Shown one piece after another: positions 40,806 to 53,101 of a DNA stretch of 64,000 bases. The notes under the pieces are model-generated. The model saw only the letters and a program-made list of their open reading frames with translations, did no database searches and was not told the DNA's origin. A program made the position numbers and the translations under genes. Position 1 is the stretch's first letter. Each line of letters opens with the position of its first letter. This DNA is from Pecten maximus (Eukaryota), in assembly GCF_902652985.1 (NCBI RefSeq), contig NC_047027.1, positions 32,240,001 to 32,304,000 of the forward strand, written 5' to 3'.

Positions 40806-41480
40806 TGTTTCAGCCTCTGTAGCAATTGCCAATGGTCACTCAGTATCTGACCCTATCAATGATGTTGTACTCTCTGTTTCAGCCTCTATATCGGTGATGA
40901 CCAATGGTCACTGTATCTGACCATATCAATGATGTTTTCCTCTCTGTTTCAGCCTCTGTAGCGGTGCTGACCAATGGTCACTGTGTATCTGACCCTATCA
41001 GTGATGTTTTCCTCTCTGTTTCAGCCTCTGTAGCGGTGCTGACCAATGGTCACTGTGTATCTGACCCTATCAATGATGTTTTCCTCTCTGTTTCAGCCTC
41101 TGTAGCGGTGCTGACCAATGGTCACTGTGTATCTGACCCTATCAGTGATGTTTTCCTCTCTGTTTCAGCCTCTGTAGCGGTGCTGACCAATGGTCACTGT
41201 GTATCTGACCCTATCAATGATGTTTTCCTCTCTGTTTCAGCCTCTGTAGTGGTGATGACCAATGGTCACTGTATCTGACCCTATCAATGATGTTATCATC
41301 TCTGTTTCAGCCTCTGTAGTGGTGATGACCAATGGTCACTGTGTATCTGACCCTATCAATGATGTTATCATCTCTGTTTCAGCCTCTGTAGTGGTGATGA
41401 CCAATGGTCACTGTGTATCTGACCCTCTCAATGATGTTTTCCTCTCTGTTTCAGCCTCAGTAGCGGTGATGATCAGATGG
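40806..41480 (+). repeat. 70-72-bp tandem repeat built from the exon C splice acceptor region
   Basis: About 9.5 copies; the last copy is the functional intron/exon junction. Confidence 0.92.
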
Positions 41481-41551
41481 AAAAGCTGGTGGAGTTGGAA
41501 CGACTCCTGGCGCAGGCTCAGAAGGACAAGATAAAACTTATTGAGGACAAG
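41455..41551 (+). CDS. PHLDB: PHLDB/LL5-like gene, coding exon C (SLSSGDDQMEKLVELERLLAQAQKDKIKLIEDK)
   Basis: Acceptor cctctctgtttcAG at 41453-54; phase 2 start joins exon B (AG+C = Ser); 32 further codons; donor AAG|gtaact, phase 0; heptad coiled-coil pattern. Confidence 0.88.
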
Positions 41552-41582
41552 GTAACTGTCATATCTACCCCAAGGTTCTGAC

Positions 41583-42289
41583 TGTTCCATGTGTCAAGCC
41601 TTCCAACTTGATCACCCATGTTCCATGTGTGAATCCTTCAGACTTGATCACCCGTGTTCCATGTGTGAAGCATTCCGACTTGATCACCCGTGTTCCATGA
41701 GTAAAGCATTCTGACTTGATCACCCATGTTCCATGTGTGAAGCCTTCCGACTTGATCACCCATGTTCCATGTGTGAAGCATTCTGACTTGATCACCCATG
41801 TTCCATGTGTAAAGCATTCCGACTTGATCACCCATGTTCCATGTGTGAATCCTTCCGACTTGATCACCCATAATCCATGTGTGAAGCCTTCCGACTTGAT
41901 CACCCATGTTCCATGTGTGAATCCTTCCGACTTGATCACCCATGTTCCATGTGTGAATCCTTCCGACTTGATCACCCATGTTCCATGTGTGAATCCTTCC
42001 GACTTGATCACCCATGTTCCATGTGTGAATCCTTCCGACTTGATCACCCATGTTCCATGTGTGAATCCTTCCGACTTGATCACCCATGTTCCATGTGTGA
42101 AGCCTTCTGACTTGATCACCCATGTTCCATGTGTGAATCCTTCCGACTTGATCACCCATGTTCTATGTGTGAATCCTTCTGACTTGATCACCCATGTTCC
42201 ATGTGTGAATCCTTCAGACTTGATCACCCATGTTCCATGTGTGAATCCTTCCGACTTGATCACCCATGTTCCATGTGTAAAGCCTTCAG
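41583..42289. repeat. Minisatellite, 36-bp unit (gacttgatcacccatgttccatgtgtgaatccttcc)
   Basis: About 19 copies filling most of intron C-D. Confidence 0.95.
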
Positions 42290-42465
42290 GAAACAATGAT
42301 AAAACTTTGAACTTGGACACTCATAACTGTAACATTCTATGAATTATCATCTTCTCCTTGAAATTGAATTCATGATGAATTTTTCTCATATCCAAACTTT
42401 GTATCACCCCTTATAAAGCTTGTAGCTTACCTTTGATGGACTGATCCTGATTAAATATTTTGTAG

Positions 42466-42612
42466 GTTAAGATGAAGGAAGATGAAATGGTTGCCCTTCA
42501 GGAGGAACGAGGCAAACGTGAGGAGCTTGAGAAAAAGCTCAAAGAGGAGACAAGTCTACGTGAAGAACTGGTTCAGCAGCAAGTAAAAATGAGGGAGAGG
42601 CAGGTTAAACAG
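42466..42612 (+). CDS. PHLDB: PHLDB/LL5-like gene, coding exon D (VKMKEDEMVALQEERGKREELEKKLKEETSLREELVQQQVKMRERQVKQ)
   Basis: Acceptor atattttgtAG; 147 nt (49 codons), phase 0-0; donor CAG|gtaggt; coiled coil. Confidence 0.9.
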
Positions 42613-42677
42613 GTAGGTTGTCATGGTAACAGGGAAACAGTTGTATAGTCATTGTAACAGCCCAAACAGTTTTGTAA

Positions 42678-42958
42678 TTATGCCCCTGCCATGAAATGAG
42701 TTGGGGGGGGGGGGGGGGGGGGGGGGCATACTGTGTTATCCCTGTCTGTCCTGTCCCGCCCCTTCCCATCCTTTCCGTCCTGTCCTGTCCCGCCCCGTCC
42801 CATCCGCATCGTCCCTCCTATCCCAATGAAAGTAGTCCCTCCTAGCCCAATGAAAGTAACTAGCTTATCTCAGGAACTGCAGATGAGATCCTCACCAAAC
42901 TTGGATTTGGGGTTTCAAGCGGCAGCGGGGACATTTATGTCTTACAGACATTTTCTAG
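42678..42958 (+). mobile_element. Helitron/Helentron-like non-autonomous element (HINE type)
   Basis: 5' ttatgcccc...ggggcata inverted pair, (ccgtc/ctgtc)n tract, 3' subterminal inverted copy, hairpin atgtc..gacat and terminal CTAG. Confidence 0.55.
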
Positions 42959-42987
42959 GTTATGAGGTGATGTAATGAAATGATTAA

Positions 42988-43458
<471 letters not shown>

Positions 43459-46400
43459 GAAAGCTAGTGTAAGGGAGATAACTCTTATAAAGGAGAGCAG
43501 GTTGTTTGTGTACGTGTGTTTCCTTGACGGATGTCTATTGTTACTGTAAATTAGAACCTGATATGTACAACATTATAGTCACAAATATGAATATGCTCCT
43601 TTTTGATTCTAAAGACATTTATATCTACAATATTGTTAAATTCTGTCCATAATTATCCAAGCCAAAGAGAGAAATCAAGGGGAATAACTCCTGTTACATC
43701 TGCTGAACTAAGAATGCTTTACTATGTGTGTCCAGAGTGACATGTCAATTGTTTTAAACGAAGAATATTGAGTTATTGAGTTATTTTGATGAGTTTTTCG
43801 TTATTTTACTTGGTCACACAGATGATAAGTGCTGTTTTTGTTCATTTTTAAACACAATATCTAGTATAATCCGATATTACCTTGTTTAATTTAGTTATAT
43901 TTCAAAGGTCCATATACTCATTAACTTGACAAGGCTTACTTTGATTCTTAAAAGAAATGAATTAAATATAACAGAACTGTGTTTTTATTCTCATATGATG
44001 ACCAAAAGAAACAGATATCATTTATTATGCTTTTATGGTTGAAAATTATTACACATGTTTTTGCTTTCAATGTTGTTATGAAATTATCTGTATCAGTTAA
44101 AAATCTCTCTGTTATGTGTTTTCAATATCAGCATTACTTACCTCTATACACAGGAGCAAGTTACATCGCCATAAACAGGGGGGAGTGTTGTCCATTTAAG
44201 TGTTCAGCAATTATTTTTGGAACAAAGAATATTTTGTGGACAAGTAAATAAGTTAAATCAGTTGCTGACTTTTGAAAAATGTTCAAGAAATGTATAGGGA
44301 CTTTGAAGCAGACTTTGTCTTTATACACATCCTATGGGGTGTACATTGGTTGTTACAGTCTCACAAAACATCGATTACAAAATATATATTAGTCATAGAC
44401 ACTTGATATTCCACCTTGGGCCACGCTGAGACGATCATATGATCTCTACCTTTGTTTTAAATCGTCGCTTTATATAAATATATTTGTTTAGAAATGACCA
44501 ATCCTTTTTAAGAGATAAGTTAGGCTTCCTAACATAATTGTTGAATATTCTTAAGTTTTAATTTGTTACCATGTTTAGATTTTCATTTGTCAAAAAATCA
44601 GGATAAAACATTATGGATTTGTGAACATGACATAATGTATTGAGGTTACCCTATTGTGATAAAACTTCACACTTGATGGTACAAAATCACATTAATGTAC
44701 CACAGAATATAACACACTATTGTCAGGGTTTGTCAGAACATAAACATACACATAGAATTGTAGGGGTCATAGTTCACTTAGTAGGCAAAGTGATCATTTT
44801 ATATTCCCACATCCATGGTAACCAGGGTTGCTATGGGAACGGAATGGTAATGGTGATTTCGCTGCCCTTTGGTTTATGAAGTACCTGTCCTCTCATTGGA
44901 ATCTTCTATCTGTTTTCACTAGAAGGTTCTAATTTTAATATTCCTGGGGGAAACAGGTACTGGTAAAAATTGTGGGACAAATGCGCTGTTAGTAAAGTAC
45001 ACATCCAGTGATAAATCTACATTAATATTTCTACGGTTAACGTGTGGATCCCTCCATGTAAGATTTTAATATTTCCAGAATTTCTATGGGTCTCCACAAA
45101 AATTTTGTAAGTTCATGACCCGGAACTCGCATAGATTTCTCACAAATCATGAACAAATTGTAGATATATATGACATTGAAATAATGTCGAAGGAGTTGCT
45201 GCTCCCAAGAAAAAAGTCGGCATTAATGAACATCGATTTCCTGATAAATCAGTTTAAGGTATACCTATATGGAATATGTACAAACTATAGTTTTGCTTTT
45301 TTTTTCTGTATAAATATGACTGCCAAATATTTATTTAAGGGAAAATATGTGTTACTATTTAACACTATAGATATACATATACTGCTTCTTGTTGTTATAA
45401 TTATAGGTTCACTGTATGTGATATATTTAACGTGTTGGGATGGATAGTGCCTTAAATGTGTGTATGAGTTTGTTATACACCAGCTGTTTATTTTAATCTC
45501 TTTATTTTCACCAGAAACCACTCACATTTCTCTGACGTTTCTTCATCAGGAAACTTTTTTCCCCAATTTTCTACAAACATGAATTTGGCAAATAAGATCA
45601 ATGCTCATTACGCCAAATCGTACATTCATTAATTAAACATCAAATTCACTAAACAAATTTCTGGTAGAAATAAAGAGATTTACAGAGGTGTTCTTAATGG
45701 ACTTTTTGTTTTGAAGTATATCACATAATGTATTGAATCACTTTTCCTGTGGCACTACTTGTGATTTCCCCAAACATTAAACACAATTTTTCCAGACATT
45801 ATTTAAGTGTAAATTTCAGTTTTCTTTTGATTAAAATAAGTATAAACAGGATCTGGTCTGTTGTTATATATGTAATATATTGTTGATTGTTTTAAGTAGA
45901 TAACGGAGATCACTTTTCACTGGATCTGCTTATAAGTAGAGAGAGGAATTTCTGATTGATGAAAGAATGATCCCTCAATATTTTCAGTAAGAATATATTA
46001 AGTATAAACAAATCTCCTCACAAGTCACTGATCAACAGATCAATAACACAATATCTAATCCAAAGTTTTTTTCACGTCCGTTCGGCCTTTTGGAAATGAC
46101 TGGTCGACCAAATATATATAATGTTGAAGTAGTTCATAGTCAGCTTTCATTTCTCTGACGTTACAATTTAAATTTGAAATTTTGTGCTGGGAGTTTGAAA
46201 TGTTAGTGGCTAAGCTAGAGCTGATTTCCTTTTGTTGTTTCTACCATACAGTTTTATAAGTGTTAAACCAAGTCTAGTCCCAGACCCCGATGTGAGGGAG
46301 ACAACTCTAGATAAACACGTGTATTTATTCTAAGGGAGACTCCTGTGTTTGATGTTTAAGTATGATGATTAGATTAGAATTTCTTTTTCTATTTTTCAGA

Positions 46401-46494
46401 TTTTAATATTTTCAGACAAAATTCTCCCTATTGTGACATGTAATTATATGAAATGTGCTCATTTAAATAATTGACATCATATTTGCTAACAAAA

Positions 46495-46500
46495 AATAAA
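46495..46500 (+). promoter_or_regulatory. Possible PHLDB polyadenylation signal
   Basis: AATAAA followed by T/GT-rich sequence ~3 kb after the stop codon; another AATAAA at 45669-45674. Confidence 0.3.
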
Positions 46501-47340
46501 ATTATTTTAAACGGTATTGTAATATTGTTTTTTGTAACAACTTCTGGATGTCGTGATGATATTAGTGTTACATATCTGACGTCCCCTGTAGGTTACACCT
46601 TGATTTAAGCTATGTAGTGTATCATCTATAAATGTATAAACAACTTATCCACACTCACGTCAACAAACATGGAGATATATATTTTTTTTTCTCATCGCGA
46701 TTACACTTCACACAATGATAAAGTAACAAAATACCTGGGATGAAGTTTCGGGGCCATTTGGTCAAGGTCAAGGTCAAGTTCGCTAACGTTGAATGAAACA
46801 GTATCAACATCGTGGACAAGAGTTTAATCAAAACCACAGGATTACACGGTATCCAGGTATGTAGGTCGGTCTCCAATCATAATCACAAATATGACTTTCG
46901 TGTTTGGGCCTCATTGTAAGGATATCTGAGACGACCTATTTTGAAGGTCACTGTGGTCACACGAAACACATTCTCCCCAAGATCCAGATAAAGTAGAATC
47001 GCATACTTCTCGTGGATGGAAGAACATCAAGCTGATTTACCAAAATTGTAAATTTTATGACTCTGTGGTCTCTCGTTTCCTCCAAGACGGCGGGGTAGAC
47101 TTGACGAAGTTTGTATAGTAATATCTCAATTTTGAGCACGAGATAATTGTGATTGGAAAGAATTATCTGTATGGAAGGACACTGATGGTATGCACATAAT
47201 GGCCCTGAACTCAAGGGACTGATGGGTGGGATCAAAACGTCAAATTGAAATATTTCAGATATCAGGTGACCGGTAAGGGAAAGGTCCATGGGCCTCTTGT
47301 GTTATTTTAAGAATCAGCGATACATATTGGAATTTTTAAC

Positions 47341-49123
47341 TTAGTTTATTAAGAATCCAGATAATTTTGAAATAAGTAACTGGACATCGGCAGCATTTGT
47401 ATGGCCAGTAACTTTGACCCAAACTTCATCACCGACGGTCACCTGACAATCGCTGACGATGAACCGATAGCGGCATGATATGAAATAGCTCTGTCGACAA
47501 AGTGTCCATTTTTGACAAGCTCTGTGAACATATAAGCGTTTGCAGAGTTGACTCGATGGCTCCATTTGAAAGCATAAACCCCCTCACGAAGACACGTGAA
47601 GACGCCCGTGTTCTTGCTGTAGTGGCCACCGACCAGCGTGATGACGTTATCGAACGCGATGTGATGCCCTTCACCAGCACCAGAAAGAGTTTGTCCAAGT
47701 ACAGCGTGGAAGGCTACTACGTTACTGGTCGGACCTGAGAAAAGAATATCTTAGTACTTTATTTTGTGCATTCTTCATTTTGATAATAGGATTTGGTTTT
47801 TAATAGCCGAAGAAACAACGAAAATCAATACAATGAATGCAGATATGAAATACTAGATCACTGTTTGCTACATAATGATAATAAACGAAAAATAGCACGA
47901 AATTTTCTTCTGTGCTGGAAACTAAGAAAGAACATACCAACGAATATTTCAGGTTATACGGAATGTACAACTAAAAAGTATCTCGAATATTCATATATAG
48001 TTTCGGATATAAAAATGGGCATAAAATCAGTTCAGAAACAGGTCCATGGAGATAGTTCATACCATTATACAATAGCGCTGGATAGGCGGAAAGGGTGTTC
48101 TTCAGATTCAAAGACCAGGTTTAGTTTCTTTATGGCTAAAGGTATTATACTAATTCCATATTATCTTGTGGCAAACAAACATAAATTTACACAATGTTTT
48201 AACACATAATTAAAAAAAAATCATTAAATTTCTTTTTACCTGAAGTTGAATATATGCTTGCATTACGTGTTTTGCTCTACTTAATGAAAAACTAATGAAA
48301 ATTATTATCTTGAGAAGAAATAGGATTCAACCTTAAAACAGCCTAGTATGACGATGAAGTATGAATTGATATACAGACCTACGCGTGCGCTCCTGTTTAA
48401 ATCACCTCCACGTATTTTGTCTTCATTCAAGTCTTTCCTAAATCCATTCTGACGATTTGTAGAGTTGTCGTGATTGGATTCCATCTATCTGGATCTGAAC
48501 TTTCCGAGACGTCTCTCTCGGCGACGAGGGACTTCTTCGCTAGTGTTCTGGGTAAATACTGTTCACCTCCGTTTGGCCTGTCATTGTCTGTCTATGTAGT
48601 AGATTTTCGATAGTGTTGACTCTTTCCTTCAGACGATTGTTTTCTCTCCTGATGTCATTTAAATCTCGTCTCATATTCATTATCTGATCAATGTTATTAT
48701 CGCGAACACGTTCTAGAACGTCTGTTTCAAAGAAGTAATTATTAATAAATAATTGGTTTATTATGACATATTGAATATCTTTAGTTCATGATTTCCAATA
48801 TTCTTTTCAGACTTCTGTATAATAAGGTGAGTTATATGAAATTAGATTTTGTCACGACCGGATCATGTACTACAATGTACATTGTATATTATTTCACCGA
48901 CAAGGTATTTGCCAATCTCAGATCTATCTTGCGTGTGTCTTCTCTCGAGTTCCTCCAGACGACTTGTTAGATCCGAGGTCAAAGCGGCAAAATGCTCCTC
49001 AACGTAACCTCGTATTTCGGCCGGAATGTTCCAGGAAGGCTCGTTGTTGATGAAAGTCCCTCCCTCTGCAATTGACCAAAAGGGAATGACAAAGACAATA
49101 CAGAGACATTGTTTACGGGACAT
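47341..49123 (-). pseudogene. C1q-domain-containing gene (signal peptide + coiled coil + gC1q), reading frame disrupted
   Basis: Exon 1 from 49123 (MSRKQCLCIVFVIPFWSIAEG leader); exon 2 from 48721 to ~48380 (coiled coil, in-frame TAG at 48542-48540); exon 3 from 47734 to 47341 translates VAFHAVL...IAFDNVITLVGGHYSKNTGVFTCLREGVYAFKW...ELVKNG...VGDEVWVKV...SGFLIN* with a frameshift near 47443. Confidence 0.85.
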
Positions 49124-49851
49124 TTTACAAAAGCTGTATACTTATTAAGGTACCTTGGCGAGACTGATAAGATAATTCTTCGATACACTGCCATCGTTCT
49201 ATACCATTATCGGGGCCGTCTGAATGACCTTATTCCTAGAAACTAAACCGAAAAAAATATAGAAGGCGACAAAATAACAACTACATCAGTATCTTCTTCG
49301 ACAGTTTAGGACTTAAGTTTATGTCTGATATAATCATTGTTATTCAGTATGAATATCATTACCATTTAAGGTCATCTGACCAGAAGGGTAACGTATAGCT
49401 ATCGTGTTTCGTCGCGCGCTGTGCATAAACGTTTGCTTTAAAATCCTGTTCGTCTCCTATGCATGCACCTATTTAACCACCTTGGCCGGAATTAGGGACT
49501 AGTAGTTAATAAAATGAGACTGGTTCGACCAGCGAGTAAAGAGGGTACACAGTTCAGAATGTACATTATTCACTAAACGTTATTTTGAAATTCAACTAGA
49601 AATTGTTGGCTTTTCACCTGCATTACACATCAGGCCTTCAGGATATATTTTAAGGTATAACCGTGACCACCTGTAGGAGTGCGACTCCTACTGATATACC
49701 CGATATATTTCCATGATTGGATTATATAAATATTCGTAATCAAATTACGTTTTCTTGATGGGTGTTGAGTCAATATTTAAGCAAGTAAGAGCTTATTATG
49801 TGGCATGCATAAAGAGTTTTCTTCTCTAAATAACAGTAAAATCCCAATTTA

Positions 49852-50856
49852 AACAGTAGTTATACAGTTTATCAGTACCAGTAGTTATACAGTTTATCAG
49901 TACCAGTGGTTATACAGTTTATCAGTACCAGTGGTTATACAGTTTATCAGTACCAGTAGTTATACAGTTTATCAGTACCAGTGGTTATACAGTTTATCAG
50001 TACCAGTTGTTATACAGTTTATCAGTACCAGTAGTTACACAGTTTAGCAGTACCAGTGGTTATACAGTTTATCAGTACCAGTAGTTATACAGTTTATCAG
50101 TATCAGTAGTTATACAGTTTATCAGGACCAGTCGTTATAGGGAACAACCAACCAATTGAAAAAATATATTTTTGAAACAGCCCCTGTGTATAGAACGTTG
50201 AGCCAAGGATAAAATGTCTGGCAGCCACTGATTGGCCAGTATGTTATGAAGTGAGAAAATAGATATGTAGCCTGAAAGGTAACTATCAATAAGAAATGTT
50301 GATATAAATTTCTTAAGTCCGATTGGTTTTTTTCCCAAAAGTTCACGTAATTATAGTAAACAGGTAAACATTTAAGATTTTTGAGAATTTTTACTGCGAA
50401 ATTCACCTATTTTCAAAATGGCTACCCTGGAGAAAATTTGAGCTGAAGGACCCAACTTTTTTTTGGATTAGGTGTTATATCAGACCCTAAACTTTTGTTA
50501 TAAACCATAATCGTCATATTCAATTCAAGAATTTGAATGAAATAATCCAAAACGTTAACACTAAGGTCTATGGGAAAACAATTGGTTGGTTGGTCTCTTA
50601 TACAGTTTATCAGTACCAGTAGTTATACAGTTTATCAGTACCAGTAATTATAAAGTTTATCAGTACCACTGGTTATACAGTTTATCAGTACCAATGGTTA
50701 TACAGTTTATCAGTACCAATGGTTATACAGTTTATCAGTATCAGTGGTTATACAGTTTATCAGTATCAGTGGTTATACTTTTTATCAGTACCAGAGGTTA
50801 TACAGTTTATCATTACCATTGGTTATATAGTTCATCAGTACCAGTGGTTATACAGG
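49852..50856. repeat. Minisatellite, 25-bp unit (tatacagtttatcagtaccagtrgt), split by a MITE
   Basis: About 11 copies left and 10 right of 50139-50598. Confidence 0.92.
50139..50598. mobile_element. MITE (460 bp) inserted in a 25-bp minisatellite
   Basis: TIRs AGGGAACAACCAACCAATTG / CAATTGGTTGGTTGGTCTCT; 3-bp TAT duplication, verifiable against the uninterrupted repeat unit. Confidence 0.8.
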
Positions 50857-50965
50857 TATCATTTTATCTCCCTTTAATAGTACTATCCCTCTTACCAACT
50901 TGTACGATAGGGATACATATTTCGTTTATGCTTCCGGTTATGTCCTAGGTTAGGGTTAACACTAA

Positions 50966-51559
50966 CCTGTCAAGGCTAAAATTGTAGCAATCTTAGATTT
51001 TCCGACACCTGGAAGTAAGAAAGGGCTGATGATATTTCTTGGTATGGCTGGATATTATCCGAAATTTTGTTAGAATTTTTCTGTTATAGCAGCACCAATT
51101 ACTGCTTTGTTCAAGACAAATGTAAAATTATTCTGGTCAGACCATTGTTAGTCTGCATTTGCAAAACTGAAAACCATACTATCAAGCTCACCAGTTCTGA
51201 CTTCTCCAGACTTTGGTAGGCAGTTCAAAATGTTGGTAGTGATGGAAGAAGATGGTGAAAAAATTGCCCGCCCCATTTGTCATTCTCAAAAAAGTTTGAC
51301 ACCAGAGAAACTATTCCACCATTGAGAGGAAATGTCTGTCATTAATTTTAGCTCTGAATCAATGTGGTGTCTGTATCTGTACTGTCAGCATGTCTGTGGT
51401 AGTTTATAGAAACCAGAACCCATTAACATTCAGTGGGAAAATGGGGGAAAAAATCAGAGAATTCTCAGTTGGAGTTTGGCATTGCAAGAGTATGATATTG
51501 ACATCAAACATATCAAAGTCAAGGACAATATTTCAGCTGAGGCTTTATCCAGAATTTAG
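50966..51559 (+). mobile_element. Degenerate Ty3/Gypsy pol fragment (RT connection + RNase H, Gmr1-type end)
   Basis: Translates with stops/frameshifts to AKIVAILDFPTP..FLGMAGYY..IAAPITAL..W..AFAKLK..SSPVLTSPDF..RNYSTIE..WSLALQEYDIDIKHIKVKDNISAEALSRI*. Confidence 0.85.
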
Positions 51560-51620
51560 GTGTGATTTGATAGTTAAAGAAACTTTCCTTCTCGAAAAAA
51601 CTTTTCTTTAAGGAGGGGTA

Positions 51621-52170
51621 TGTTACATATACCAGTAGTTAAAGGGAGAAAGTCCCAACAGAAATATAAAACTCTTGCACCCTTATATGTAATCTGGAAT
51701 CTTCTTTAATAGAGATACCCGTATGTCATAATATTTTGTTTACAAGTGTTTATTGAAAAGTGGTTGTTTAAAAAGATGTGTCTTAGATAATTGTAAATAA
51801 CAGGAGAGACAAATATTGTTATTCAGAACTGGTTTACAAGGAGAGCTTTATGAATTCTGTTGAATTCTGAGATCTGATTTACACCTGTTAGGGAAAGTTG
51901 TGTGAATTATGTTTGAGAATTTATTGCCTGGAACTTTGAACTGTGGAATTTGTAAACATTCTTAATGCTGGGAAAACGAAAAGGAAAGGATTACTCAAGG
52001 ACAGTTGTTATAAGATAAGTAATTAACAGTGTTGATATAATACACCACCTTGTATACCACTTTATTGTAATTGTAAATTGTCTGAATTACTAACATTGTT
52101 TTGTTTATACCTCATTCACATGTGTTTGAACTTAGCCGTGCATCATTTTTTCTGTTATTTTCACGTAACA
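51621..52170 (+). mobile_element. 3' LTR of the Gypsy element (550 bp)
   Basis: Preceded by polypurine tract aaggagggg (51610-51618); termini TGTTAC...GTAACA are inverted repeats. Confidence 0.75.
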
Positions 52171-53101
52171 CTTGCGACTCAATCCCCTCAATCGCTCGTT
52201 TAAAGTTTAAATGATGTGAAAGGTGCTGTTGCTCTAAAACCGCCCACGAAGGAAATCGATCCTTTACCTAATGTATGAAAACCTTATTCCGTTCCGGACA
52301 TGCCAGAACGAGGCCATTTTGTACCAAAGTCGTAAATACTCACAAGCACACTTTATCAAGTATTTATAAGGTCAAACTGTTATTTGTTTGTAAGGAAAAT
52401 TGTACTAAAATTACATTTATATATCGGGCAACGTAATCGGATATCGATTGTATGAATCTTTTCGTTATTTTCTGTGAAATTTGACATCAAACATAAAAAA
52501 TGATATTTCTCATAAAGTTGAATGCACGTTTAAAGGGCATTTTGTCTAATTCAAACCCCGAGTACTATCGAATTTTGTCGATAGAAAATATCTCCATTCA
52601 TTTGTGTAATCCATGAAAAAAAAATTGCGCTTCAGAATTACTGGATATGCCTCGTTTTTGCAACTTCTATTAGTCAACCCCCCATAAATCTTCATATAGA
52701 TCAAAGTAATGAAAGCACTGCATGCTAGTGAAGACATCTCGTCCGGACAAGAAATACGTTGAAATATTATAGGAAACACGATTGGACGAATTCGCCTTCA
52801 AGGAAACTATTTGTTTCAAGATTTTTTTCAGGATAATGTTAGTCCCTTTACCAATTTTCCTATCGCCATGACTTTATTGTACAACTAATGTGCTTTGTTC
52901 TTGCTCGTTCAGCTCATCATGTATTATTTGGGTATTTAGAACTTAATATCATATATATATGAGTATTATATTCCTTCACAGTTACATTCTAGACACTGTC
53001 GATCATTTTTGAAGAGTGACAATGACGCTACGTTGTGTATATCAGAAACATTCAATGTAGTATCTTCCCTACATTCTGGATTATATGTATTAGCGGGCTA
53101 T

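Noticed and set aside
41565-42342. 251-aa and 208-aa repeat ORFs on both strands
   Set aside because: 36-bp minisatellite inside the intron between two well-supported exons.
46650-47305. Possible dispersed repeat with ggtcaaggtca motifs ending ccatgggcctcttgt
   Set aside because: It resembles common mollusc interspersed repeats, but the ends and class cannot be defined from one degenerate copy.
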